From: Comamonas sp.
GTDB taxonomy: Bacteria; Pseudomonadota; Gammaproteobacteria; Burkholderiales; Burkholderiaceae_C
Reading direction: 5' to 3'
NCBI GenBank assembly: GCA_034675705.1
Contig: JAUCCZ010000006.1
Span: forward strand, 690,112-754,111
Length of the DNA stretch: 64,000 nucleotides
In this document: piece by piece, positions 48,674 through 57,362 of the stretch
Numbering within the stretch: position 1 is the first letter of the stretch
How the letters are laid out: the number at the start of each line of letters is the position of its first letter
The notes under the pieces: generated by a model
Databases searched by the model: none
Seen by the model: the letters and a program-made list of their open reading frames with translations, nothing else
What the model was told of the DNA's origin: nothing
Made by a program: the position numbers and the translations under genes

Positions 48674-49942
48674 TTAGGCCAGCAAATCCACCAGGCTACG
48701 CGCTACCACCTTGGTGGCGCGGCGCAGGTCTTGCAGGTCGATGCGCTCGTCGTTGCGCTTGGCGTGCGATTCCAGCACCGAGCGCGGGCCTGCGCCGTAG
48801 ATCACGCCGGGAATGCCGCGCTCCACGTACAGGCGCACGTCGGTATACAGGGGCGTGCCCACGGCGGGGGGCTTGCTGCCAAACACCGCTTCGCCGTGGT
48901 GTTGGATGGCGTCCACCAGGGGCTTGTTCTCGGCCAGCGGCGTCATGGCGTTGGCCAGCAGCAGGCGCTTGATGTCTACGCGCACGGCATCCTCGCCCGT
49001 GTAGCCGCCTTGGGTGTTGAACTGCTCCACCGCCTGGGCGATCACGGCGCGGATGCTGGCTTCCACCTCGGCCGGGTTTTCTTCGGGAATCATGCGGCGG
49101 TCGAGCTTCAGGGTCACCTTGCCCGGCAGCACGTTGGTGTTGGTGCCGCCTTCGATGCGGCCAATGTTCAGGTAGGGGTGCTTGATGCCCGGCACCTTGG
49201 ATGTGACCTGTTGGTACTTGGTGTTCTCGGCAAACAGGCCGTTCATGATGGCCACTGCCGCTTGCAGCGCATCGACGCCCGTGTGCGGCACGGCGGCGTG
49301 GGCCATCTTGCCGTGTACGGTCACTTCCATTTGCAGGCAGCCGTTGTGCGCGGTGACGACTTCGTAGCTAAAGCCGGCGGCAATCATCAGGTCAGGCTGG
49401 GTGAGCTTGTTTTTGAGCAGCCAGCCGGGGCCGAGCAGGCCGCCAAATTCCTCGTCGTAGGTGAAGTGCAGCTCCACCGCGCCCTTGCTGGGTTTGGCCA
49501 CGGCTTCGAGTGCCCGCACGGCAAAGGTGAAGGTGGAAAAGTCGCTCTTGCTCACGGCGGTGGCGCGGCCATACATCTTGCCGTCTTCGATCTCGGCGCC
49601 GTAGGGGTCGTGCGTCCAACCTTCGCCGGGGGGCACCACGTCGCCGTGGGCGTTCAGCGCCACGGTGCGGCCACCATGGCCATAGGGGCGGCGCACGATC
49701 AGGTTGGTAATGCTTTGCATGCCGTAGTCGCGCACTTCGGCTTCGGGCACGGCGTGTTTTTCGGCGTCGAAGCCAAATTCCTTGATCAACGCCGCCGTGC
49801 GTTCGGCGTGCGGGGCGTTGTTGCCGGGCGGGGTGTCGGTGGGCACCTGCACCAGGGCCTGCAGGAACTGCACCTGCTCGTCAAAGTGCTGGTCCACCCA
49901 GGCGTCCAGGGCGGTGTAGAGGGCTTGGCGGTCGTGGTTCAT
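48674..49942 (-). CDS. M20 (ArgE/DapE-like) hydrolase with non-canonical metal site
   Basis: NAHGDVV, YDEEFGG, GKMAHAA, GGTNTNV, YGAGP. Confidence 0.85.
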   Translation of the reverse strand: MNHDRQALYTALDAWVDQHFDEQVQFLQALVQVPTDTPPGNNAPHAERTAALIKEFGFDAEKHAVPEAEVRDYGMQSITNLIVRRPYGHGGRTVALNAHGDVVPPGEGWTHDPYGAEIEDGKMYGRATAVSKSDFSTFTFAVRALEAVAKPSKGAVELHFTYDEEFGGLLGPGWLLKNKLTQPDLMIAAGFSYEVVTAHNGCLQMEVTVHGKMAHAAVPHTGVDALQAAVAIMNGLFAENTKYQQVTSKVPGIKHPYLNIGRIEGGTNTNVLPGKVTLKLDRRMIPEENPAEVEASIRAVIAQAVEQFNTQGGYTGEDAVRVDIKRLLLANAMTPLAENKPLVDAIQHHGEAVFGSKPPAVGTPLYTDVRLYVERGIPGVIYGAGPRSVLESHAKRNDERIDLQDLRRATKVVARSLVDLLA

Positions 49943-49959
49943 GACAAATCTCCTTCAAT

Positions 49960-51732
49960 TCAGGCAGCCAGTTGCTGCAAAACATGGCTAAAGGCATCGA
50001 CGGCCAGCTGCATGTCGTCGTTGGTGCTGGATTCCAGCGGGTTGTGGCTGATGCCGCTGTTCAGGCCGCGTACGAACAGCATGGCCTGCGGCAAGATCTT
50101 GTGCAGCTTCATCGCGTCGTGCCCCGCGCCGCTGGGCAGGTGGAACACCGGCACGCCCAGGGCTTGCACGGCAGTTTCCCAGCGCTGCTGCCACGCGGGG
50201 GCGCTGGGCGCAGCCGATTCCTGCATGGTCTGCTCGGTGCTGTATTGCAGGCCCCGGCGCTCGCAGATCTCGGCCAGCTTGGCCAGGATGTCGTCGCGCA
50301 GCGCATCGCGCTGGGCGTTGCTGGGGGCACGAATGTCCAGGCTGAAGTGGCACTGGCCCGGCACCACGTTGATGGAGCCGTTGGGCACCTGCAACATGCC
50401 GATGGTGGCCACGCTGTCGCCGTCCTGCGTGGCGCGTGCTTCCATATACAGGGCCAGCTCGGCAGCGCCCACGGCAGCATCGCGGCGGCGGTTCATCGGC
50501 GTGGTGCCGGCGTGGCTGGCCATGCCGGTGATGCTGCACTGGTAGCGCACGCTGGCATTGATGGCAGTGACGATGCCCAGGGGCAAGTCCAGTTCGTTCA
50601 GTACCGGGCCTTGCTCGATGTGGACTTCGATAAAGCCCAGGTACTGCGCCGGGTTGCGTCGCAATTTGGGAATGTTGTCGATGCACAGGCCCGCGTGCTG
50701 CATGGCCGCACGCATGGTGATGCCGTCGGCGTCCTGCTGGTCGAGCCAGTCGGGATTGAAGTCGCCCGTCAGCGCCCCGGAGCCGAGGAAGGTGGCCTTG
50801 TAGCGCTGGCCTTCTTCCTCGGCAAAGGCCACCACTTCGATGCCGAAGGGCAGGCGCTTGCCCTGGCGGTGCAGCTCGCGCACGCACGCCATCGGCACGA
50901 AGATGCCCAGGCGGCCATCGTATTTGCCGCCGTTGCGTACCGTGTCGTAGTGGCTGCCAGTCAGCAGGTATTGCGCACCGGCCATGGTGGGGTCGGGGTG
51001 GTAGCGGCCCACTACGTTGCCCACGGCGTCGATCTCCACCTCGTCAAAGCCAATTTCCCGCATCCAGTGGCTGATGCGCTGGGCGCAGGCGCGGTGCGCG
51101 TCGGTCAGGTAGGTGACGGTGAGCTGCCCCAGCTCGGCGTAGCCGGGGTCGGTGTGCTGGGCCAGCTTTTCTTGCCAGTCCCACACGTCGTTGCCCAGGG
51201 TGGGGGTGTAGCCAAACTTGTCGTTCAGGCGGATTTCCGCAATGCGGTGGATGTTGCGCAGCGCCTCGGCCCGCTCGAAGTCCGGGTGGTTGCGCAGGCG
51301 CCGCTCGAAGGTGGCCAGGATTTCTGCCTTGGGCAGGCCCAGTCCGCGCGGGCCGCGCACGGCCAGGATGAAGGGAAAGCCAAAGCGCTCCCCGTACTGG
51401 CGGTTTAGCTGCTGGATGTGCGCCAGTTCATCGGGCGTGCATTGGGTCAGGCCCGCCTTGTTCTGCTCGTTGGTCGATTCGGCCGTGAGCGTATTGGTCT
51501 GCATGGCCTTGCCCGCCAGCTCCGGGTGGGCGCGGATCAGGTCGAGCTGCGCCTGCTCGCCCGCCTGGGCCAGCACCTGCACCATAGCGTGCTTGATGTG
51601 CGCCAGGCTGGCAAAGGGGCGCTGGGCCAGGGCCTGCTCGGCAATCCAGGGGGAATGCTCGTACAGGCCATCCAGCAGGGCGACGGCCTCTGCCGCGTTG
51701 GCCGCGTTCAGTTGTTCCAGGGTCAAGGCCAT
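49960..51732 (-). CDS. uraD: OHCU decarboxylase fused to an allantoate amidohydrolase-type M20 domain
   Basis: N-terminus YEHSPWIA, HPELAG, STNEQ, FGFPFILAV; C-terminus GSHYDTV, GGKYDG, EEEG, HIEQGP, SGAGHDA, GISHNPLE. Confidence 0.9.
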   Translation of the reverse strand: MALTLEQLNAANAAEAVALLDGLYEHSPWIAEQALAQRPFASLAHIKHAMVQVLAQAGEQAQLDLIRAHPELAGKAMQTNTLTAESTNEQNKAGLTQCTPDELAHIQQLNRQYGERFGFPFILAVRGPRGLGLPKAEILATFERRLRNHPDFERAEALRNIHRIAEIRLNDKFGYTPTLGNDVWDWQEKLAQHTDPGYAELGQLTVTYLTDAHRACAQRISHWMREIGFDEVEIDAVGNVVGRYHPDPTMAGAQYLLTGSHYDTVRNGGKYDGRLGIFVPMACVRELHRQGKRLPFGIEVVAFAEEEGQRYKATFLGSGALTGDFNPDWLDQQDADGITMRAAMQHAGLCIDNIPKLRRNPAQYLGFIEVHIEQGPVLNELDLPLGIVTAINASVRYQCSITGMASHAGTTPMNRRRDAAVGAAELALYMEARATQDGDSVATIGMLQVPNGSINVVPGQCHFSLDIRAPSNAQRDALRDDILAKLAEICERRGLQYSTEQTMQESAAPSAPAWQQRWETAVQALGVPVFHLPSGAGHDAMKLHKILPQAMLFVRGLNSGISHNPLESSTNDDMQLAVDAFSHVLQQLAA

Positions 51733-51740
51733 GGTTGTCT

Positions 51741-51800
51741 CCTATAAAAACAAGAGCTGCCAGCGCTTGCTGCATAAGCGCTGGAGGGGGATTTGATGCC
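51741..51800. repeat. Dispersed AGCTG-core repeat, single copy
   Basis: ctataaaaacaagagctgccagcgcttgctgcataagcgctggagggggatttg. Confidence 0.7.
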
Positions 51801-51812
51801 CATATTCTGCTG

Positions 51813-51940
51813 CGTCACACCCGCGTAGGCGGGTGTCCAGTGACAGCGTTGGCGATGGGCGCTGCCGTGGTTCAGGTCAGGCCGCTGCTGGATTCCCTGT
51901 CATTCCCGCGAAGGCGGGAACTGCGCGGGAATGACAGCGG
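51813..51940. repeat. Pair of CGTC-class REP palindromes (BIME-like), the second containing a nested copy
   Basis: cgtc-acacccgc-gtag-gcgggtgt-ccag at 51813-51840; ctggattccc[tgtcattcccgcgaaggcgggaa]ctgcgcgggaatgacagcgg at 51888-51940. Confidence 0.75.
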
Positions 51941-51945
51941 GGTCA

Positions 51946-52902
51946 TCATTGCGGCGCAGGAAAGCGCTGTGCCCAGTGGCGGGCCACGTCGATGCGCCGG
52001 GCCACCCACACCTTGTCGTGGCGTTGGATGTGGTCCAAAAAGCGCTGCAGCGCCACGATGCGCCCTGGCCGGCCCAGCAGGCGGCAGTGCATGCCGATGC
52101 TCATCATCTTGGGCGCGTTGCTGCCGTGCTTGTCGCCCTCGGCGTACAGGGCGTCGAACGTGTCCTTCATGTACTGGAAGAACGGGTCGGCGTGCGAATA
52201 GCCCTGCGGCAGGGCAAAGCGCATGTCGTTGCAGTCCAGCGTGTAGGGCACGATGAGCTGGTGGGCACGGCTGCCGTCGGTCTTGCCTACCTGCATCCAG
52301 AAGGGCAGGTCGTCGCCGTAGTAATCCGCGTCGTAGGCAAAGCGGCCTGCATCGGCCACCAGGCGGTGGGTGTTGGGGCTGTCGCGCCCGGTGTACCAGC
52401 CCAGGCCGTGGTCGCCGTCGTGGCCGTACAGTTCTTCAAAAATGTCTAGGCACTGCTGCATGTGGGCGCGCTCCACCTCTTCGGGCAGGTTCTGGTAGTG
52501 AATCCATTTCAGGCCGTGGCAGGCCACCTCGTGGCCCAGTTCGGCAAAGGCTTGGGCGACTTCGCGGTGTTTTTGCAAGGCGGTGGCCACGCCAAATACC
52601 GTCAGCGGCAGGCCGCGCTGCTCGAATTCGCGCAGGATGCGCCACACCCCGGCGCGGGCACCGTATTCGTAGATGCCGTCCATGCTTATGTGCCGCGCGG
52701 GGTAGGACGCGGGGTTGAACAGCTCCGACAGGAATTGCTCGCTACCGGCATCGCCGTGCAGGACGTGGTTTTCGCCCCCTTCTTCGTAGTTGAGTACGAA
52801 CTGCACCGCCACCCGCGCCTGGCCGGGCCAGTGCGGGTGCGGTGGCGTGCGGCCATAACCAATCAAGTCGCGGGGGTAGGGGGCGGTAGCGTCGTAGGTC
52901 AT
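51946..52902 (-). CDS. puuE: Allantoinase PuuE (polysaccharide deacetylase fold)
   Basis: YPRDLIGYG, FVLNYEEGGEN, YEYGARAG, GWYTGRDSPNT, MMSIGMHCRLLGRPGR. Confidence 0.95.
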   Translation of the reverse strand: MTYDATAPYPRDLIGYGRTPPHPHWPGQARVAVQFVLNYEEGGENHVLHGDAGSEQFLSELFNPASYPARHISMDGIYEYGARAGVWRILREFEQRGLPLTVFGVATALQKHREVAQAFAELGHEVACHGLKWIHYQNLPEEVERAHMQQCLDIFEELYGHDGDHGLGWYTGRDSPNTHRLVADAGRFAYDADYYGDDLPFWMQVGKTDGSRAHQLIVPYTLDCNDMRFALPQGYSHADPFFQYMKDTFDALYAEGDKHGSNAPKMMSIGMHCRLLGRPGRIVALQRFLDHIQRHDKVWVARRIDVARHWAQRFPAPQ

Positions 52903-52941
52903 CGTGGGGGGCTTTGCAACAAGGGGCGCGGTCTGCGGTCG

Positions 52942-53625
52942 CTAGACCGTGGACAGCGCCATGGATAAATCATTGGAGGGCAGGGCGCGGTCAAACTCCA
53001 GCCCGGCTTCGACGTTGGCCAGGTGCTCCTGCATCAGGCGCACGGCCAGCGCTTCATCGCGCGCGGCCAGGGCGGCGACGATGTATTCGTGCTCCTCGTG
53101 CGAGTGCGCGGCAGCGGTGGTGCTTTGGTACATCAAGGTGATGAGGGCGCAGCGCGAGATCAGCTCGCCCAGGATTTGCGCCAGCACGTCGTTGCCCATC
53201 AGGCGGGCCATGACGACGTGAAAATCCCCCAGCAAGGCGGTGCGCTGGCCGACGTTTTGCCCGTCGATGGCGTTTTGCTCGGCCTGGATATGCGCTTGCA
53301 AGGCGGTGATCTGCGCAGGGCTGCTTTGGCGGCAGAAGGCGCGCGTCATCTCCATCTCCAGCATGTGGCGCACGGCAAAGACCTGGCGGGCTTCGGCCAC
53401 CGACGGCGTGGCCACAAACGCACCGCGCGCAGGCTCTAGCGTGACCAGCCGGTTTTGCGACAACTGGAACAGCGCCTGGCGCACCAGCGTGCGCGAGACA
53501 CCAAAGTGGTCGGCCAGCTTTTGCTCGGCCAACTTGGTGCCCGGCAGCAGCCGGTGCTCCACAATCGCCCGCGTCAGCGCGTCGGCAATCATGGTGGTGG
53601 AGGATATGGTTTCTATGGATGTCAT
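52942..53625 (-). CDS. GntR-family (FCD) regulator of purine catabolism
   Basis: LLPGTKLAEQKLADHFGVSRTLVRQAL HTH; FCD domain FHV. Confidence 0.92.
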   Translation of the reverse strand: MTSIETISSTTMIADALTRAIVEHRLLPGTKLAEQKLADHFGVSRTLVRQALFQLSQNRLVTLEPARGAFVATPSVAEARQVFAVRHMLEMEMTRAFCRQSSPAQITALQAHIQAEQNAIDGQNVGQRTALLGDFHVVMARLMGNDVLAQILGELISRCALITLMYQSTTAAAHSHEEHEYIVAALAARDEALAVRLMQEHLANVEAGLEFDRALPSNDLSMALSTV

Positions 53626-53644
53626 GTTTTTTCCACTTTGACAA

Positions 53645-53660
53645 AAATTGTATACACTTT
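53645..53660. promoter_or_regulatory. GntR/FadR-type operator between the GntR gene and uraH
   Basis: AAATTGTATACACTTT near-palindrome with TGTATACA core. Confidence 0.65.
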
Positions 53661-53710
53661 TGGTAAACAAGCCAGCGCAGAAGCGCAATTCACTACAAGG
53701 AGAAACCCCT

Positions 53711-54061
53711 ATGGGCCTGAGTACCCACGTTCTAGACACGATGCACGGCTGCCCCGCTACCGGTATGGCCGTTGCCCTGTACGCCACGCATGGCCAGGAG
53801 GCCACGCTGCTGAAAAGCCTGGTGCTTAACAGCGATGGCCGCACCGATGCCCCCCTGTTCGATGACAACACCTTGCAGGTGGGCACCTATCGCCTGACGT
53901 TTGCCGTGGCCGATTATTTCAAGGCCAAGGGCGTGCAATTGCCTGAGCCGAACTTTTTAGGCCAGGTGAGCCTGGATTTTGGCGTGGCCCGCACCGACCA
54001 GCACTACCACGTGCCGCTTTTGGTCAGCCCCTGGAGCTATTCCACTTACCGGGGCTCGTAA
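53711..54061 (+). CDS. uraH: 5-hydroxyisourate hydrolase
   Basis: LSTHVLD, DGRTD, HYHVPLLVSPWSYSTYRGS. Confidence 0.97.
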   Translation: MGLSTHVLDTMHGCPATGMAVALYATHGQEATLLKSLVLNSDGRTDAPLFDDNTLQVGTYRLTFAVADYFKAKGVQLPEPNFLGQVSLDFGVARTDQHYHVPLLVSPWSYSTYRGS

Positions 54062-54091
54062 GCTTTTAAAAGCGAAGCGCCTAACGCACAT

Positions 54092-54136
54092 AAACAAAGG
54101 GTTTCGGATAGATAACTATCCGAAACCCTTTTGTTT
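54092..54136. terminator. Bidirectional terminator between uraH and rimO
   Basis: 16-bp perfect stem aaagggtttcggatag-ataa-ctatccgaaacccttt. Confidence 0.85.
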
Positions 54137-54166
54137 TAAGCGCTAACAGCTCCTGTTTTTAAAGCA
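54137..54166. repeat. Dispersed AGCTG-core repeat, partial (reverse)
   Basis: taagcgctaacagctcctgtttttaaagca; supplies the rimO TAA. Confidence 0.6.
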
Positions 54167-55550
54167 CTTCCCCTACCAGGTCATGCCCCTGGGCGGCGGT
54201 GATGCGCACTTTCAGCATATCGCCCACCTTAAATTGCTGGCTGGCCTTGGCAATGGGCTGCAGGTGCACCAGGCCGTCAATCTCTGGCGCATCGGCCCAA
54301 CTGCGGGCGATGCCGCCTTTCTTGCCCAGGCTGTGCGCCTTGTCCACCAGCACCTGCATGGTCTGGCCCACACGCTGCTGTAGGCGCTGGGTGGAGACTG
54401 CTTCGGCCACCGCCATAAAGCGTTCGCGCCGCTCTTCGCGCACAGCTTGCGGTAGCTGGCCGGGCAGCTCGTTGGCGGCAGCGCCGGTGACGTCGCTGTA
54501 CGCAAAGCAGCCTGCGCGGTCGATTTGCGCCTCGCGCACAAAATCGAGTAGGTGCTGGAACTCTTCCTCCGTCTCGCCCGGAAAACCGGCGATGAAGGTG
54601 GAGCGGATGACCAGCTCGGGGCACACCTCGCGCCAGCGTTGGATGCGCTCCAGGTTCTTTTCCCCGCTGGCCGGGCGTTTCATGCGCTTTAAAACGTCGG
54701 GGTGGCTGTGTTGCAGCGGCACGTCCAGGTAGGGCAGCACCAGGCCCTGCGCCATCAGCGGCAGGATGTCGTCCACGCTGGGGTAGGGGTAGACGTAGTG
54801 CAGGCGCACCCAGGCGCCGTACTGCTGCGCCAGCTTGCCCAGCTCTTGCACCAGCTCAAACAGGCGCGTCTTGACCGGACGGCCTTCCCAAAAGCCCATG
54901 CGGTATTTGATGTCTACGCCATAGGCCGAAGTGTCCTGGCTGACGATGAGCAGCTCTTTGACCCCGCCGGCAAACAGCGCCTGCGCTTCCTTGAGTACGT
55001 CGCCAATCGGGCGCGAGACCAAATCGCCGCGCATGCTGGGGATGATGCAAAAGGTGCAGCGGTGGTTGCAGCCTTCGGAAATCTTCAAATACGCATAGTG
55101 GCGCGGGGTGAGCTTGATGCCCGCCTCACCCACCGCGCCGGGCATGCTGGGCACCAGGTCGATAAACGGGTCATGCGGCTTGGGCAGGTGCTCGTGCACC
55201 GCGTCCATCACCTCTTGCGTGGAATGCGGGCCGGTCACAGCCAGCACGCTGGGGTGGATGCCAGCGACCATGTTGTCCCCGCTGCTGTCCTTGCGTGCAC
55301 CTAGGCAGCCGGTGACGATGACCTTGCCGTTTTCGCTCAAAGCCTCGCCAATCGTGTCCAGGCTTTCCTTGACGGCATCGTCAATAAAGCCGCAGGTGTT
55401 GACGATGACCAGATCGGCCCCGGCATAGCTCTTGGCGGTCTGGTAGCCCTCGGCACTGAGCTGGGTGATGATGAGTTCCGAGTCGGTCAGGTTCTTCGGG
55501 CAGCCCAGGGAGACGAAGCCGACTTTGGGGGCGCTGGTGAGGTTGTTCAT
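54159..55550 (-). CDS. rimO: Ribosomal protein S12 methylthiotransferase
   Basis: [18 protein letters not shown], radical [19 protein letters not shown] domain. Confidence 0.96.
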   Translation of the reverse strand: MNNLTSAPKVGFVSLGCPKNLTDSELIITQLSAEGYQTAKSYAGADLVIVNTCGFIDDAVKESLDTIGEALSENGKVIVTGCLGARKDSSGDNMVAGIHPSVLAVTGPHSTQEVMDAVHEHLPKPHDPFIDLVPSMPGAVGEAGIKLTPRHYAYLKISEGCNHRCTFCIIPSMRGDLVSRPIGDVLKEAQALFAGGVKELLIVSQDTSAYGVDIKYRMGFWEGRPVKTRLFELVQELGKLAQQYGAWVRLHYVYPYPSVDDILPLMAQGLVLPYLDVPLQHSHPDVLKRMKRPASGEKNLERIQRWREVCPELVIRSTFIAGFPGETEEEFQHLLDFVREAQIDRAGCFAYSDVTGAAANELPGQLPQAVREERRERFMAVAEAVSTQRLQQRVGQTMQVLVDKAHSLGKKGGIARSWADAPEIDGLVHLQPIAKASQQFKVGDMLKVRITAAQGHDLVGEVL

Positions 55551-55682
55551 GGAGGGTACAAAGCGCGAAGCGATAAGAAAAAGGCACCCGGGGTGCCTTT
55601 GTATGCAGAAAATGGGGACGGCGGCAGCCGTCAATGGCACCGATTTTAGTGCCCGGTCCGGCGTAGGGCTCTGGCCGTATAA

Positions 55683-55714
55683 AAAAAGACCGATACCGCA
55701 GCGCCGGTCTTTTT
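55683..55714. terminator. Bidirectional terminator downstream of the TolC gene
   Basis: aaaaagaccg...cggtcttttt. Confidence 0.6.
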
Positions 55715-55779
55715 GCCGTTCTCGAAATGATCGGCGATCCATAGCGGCCACCGCCCGTAGCTGCTCGGGCTGCGGTGGC

Positions 55780-57036
55780 CTATGGTGTTGCTGCGGCGTT
55801 GTGCCACATGGCATGGGCATCAATGCGTACACGCAGGGCGGCATGCAGCGCGTCCACCCGGGCCTGGGTTTCTGCCAAGCGGGCCTGGTGCAGGTTGCGC
55901 AGGGCCAGCAAGTATTCGCTCAATGGCGCCTCACCCAATTCCCAGGCTTTGCGTGTGCGTTGGCTGGCTGCTGTCTGGGCGGTCAGGGCTTGTTGCAGCG
56001 CTTGCCATTGTGCGTGCTTGCTTTGGGCGGCTTGTACGGATATCCATGCCTCTTGTTCGACCGTGCGCAGCATGTCGGCGGCGTCGGCTTCGGCAGCATT
56101 CGCGTTGGCGTTTTCTGCGTTGGCGATGGCGCTGCGGTAGGAGGTACCGATGGGGATGGACAGCACCACGCCCACGGTGCGCTCGCGCCCGCCGCGGTCG
56201 GACAGGACACGCACTCCGAGCGTGGGGTCTGGGGTGCGATCTGCACGGGCGCGTTCGGCGGTGCGGGCTTGCAACTGGCTGGTGCCCTGGGCAATAGCCA
56301 CTTCGGCGTTTTCGGAAATGATGCGGGCACGCCAGTCTTGGCTGTCGTCCAGCCAATCCGTTGGATCGGGCAGCAGTGGCAGCTGGTCGGGCACTGTGAT
56401 GGGGGTAAATCCCAGTGCTAGTGCCTGGTGAGCGGCCGCCTGGGCGTCGCGGGCCATCAGGGTTTGAGCTGCCAGGGCGGCGCGTTCGGCCTCCAGCACG
56501 TCCACATCGCGCTGTGCCGCATCACCCAGGGCCAGGCGGCGTGCCAGGGTGTCGTGCTCGCGTTCCAGCAGTTGGCTTTGTGCGGTGGTCTCGATGGTGA
56601 TGGCGCTGCAGCGCAGCCAGTTCATCCAGGCGTCAAGCAGCCGTCGGGCGACTTGGTGCTCGGCATCTTCCCGGCGCAAATCGGCCAGGTGGCGGGTGCT
56701 GTCGCCAATCTGCTGATCCAGTGCGGCTTTGCGCGGCAGGCGGATGGCGCGGCTCAGGCCCAGCTCCCACTCGTTGTAGCGCCGTTGTTCATCGTGCACA
56801 TTGCGCCGTTGCAGGACCGTATCGGCCTGGAATTCATGGCTGCCTACGTCCAGGGCGCGTTGGGTGGCGCTGGCGGCCTGCACGCGTTCGGCAGCGGCTC
56901 GCACGGTGGGGTGTGCCTGCATGGCAGCTTGAACTTGCGCCGGGGCGGGTAGCCAGGGGACGGCGGCGTCTTGCGCTGGTGCCGACCAAGACACGCAGGC
57001 CAGGGCCAGGGCACTCAGAGAGGGAAGAAGCTTCAT
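55780..57036 (-). CDS. TolC-family outer membrane efflux protein
   Basis: Signal peptide, Ala/Gln-rich helical repeats, PDPTLGV, GE..L.E.L C-terminal OEP motif. Confidence 0.85.
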   Translation of the reverse strand: MKLLPSLSALALACVSWSAPAQDAAVPWLPAPAQVQAAMQAHPTVRAAAERVQAASATQRALDVGSHEFQADTVLQRRNVHDEQRRYNEWELGLSRAIRLPRKAALDQQIGDSTRHLADLRREDAEHQVARRLLDAWMNWLRCSAITIETTAQSQLLEREHDTLARRLALGDAAQRDVDVLEAERAALAAQTLMARDAQAAAHQALALGFTPITVPDQLPLLPDPTDWLDDSQDWRARIISENAEVAIAQGTSQLQARTAERARADRTPDPTLGVRVLSDRGGRERTVGVVLSIPIGTSYRSAIANAENANANAAEADAADMLRTVEQEAWISVQAAQSKHAQWQALQQALTAQTAASQRTRKAWELGEAPLSEYLLALRNLHQARLAETQARVDALHAALRVRIDAHAMWHNAAATP

Positions 57037-57362
57037 GCCAGTCGTCCTCCGGCAATCACAGGCTCCAGCCACCAGCGCACATCGCGCGAGGTGATGCGCT
57101 GGCGCAGCGTATCGAGCAGGCTGTCGACGCGCTGGCGCTCGGTCACGATCCAGAGCAGACGCTTATCGACCCGGCCGCGCACCTGTTCACGGATGGTAGC
57201 GTGGGCGAAATCGCTGCTGTGCCCCTCGGCCTGCAGCAGGGTAAAGCCAGGCAGGGAGGGGTCGGCGATCAAGGTGTCTGTGATGGCATCTTCCAAAGCG
57301 GGCGGGAAGAGGAGGTTCAGCCGAACCCATTCGATATCTGCGGGGTGTTGGGGTGTGCTCAT
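57033..57362 (-). CDS. DUF3240-like / P-II-fold small protein (109 aa)
   Basis: LPGFTLLQAEGHS...EQVRGRV; ATGA overlaps with both neighbours; embedded in track ORF 57033..57905. Confidence 0.75.
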   Translation of the reverse strand: MSTPQHPADIEWVRLNLLFPPALEDAITDTLIADPSLPGFTLLQAEGHSSDFAHATIREQVRGRVDKRLLWIVTERQRVDSLLDTLRQRITSRDVRWWLEPVIAGGRLA

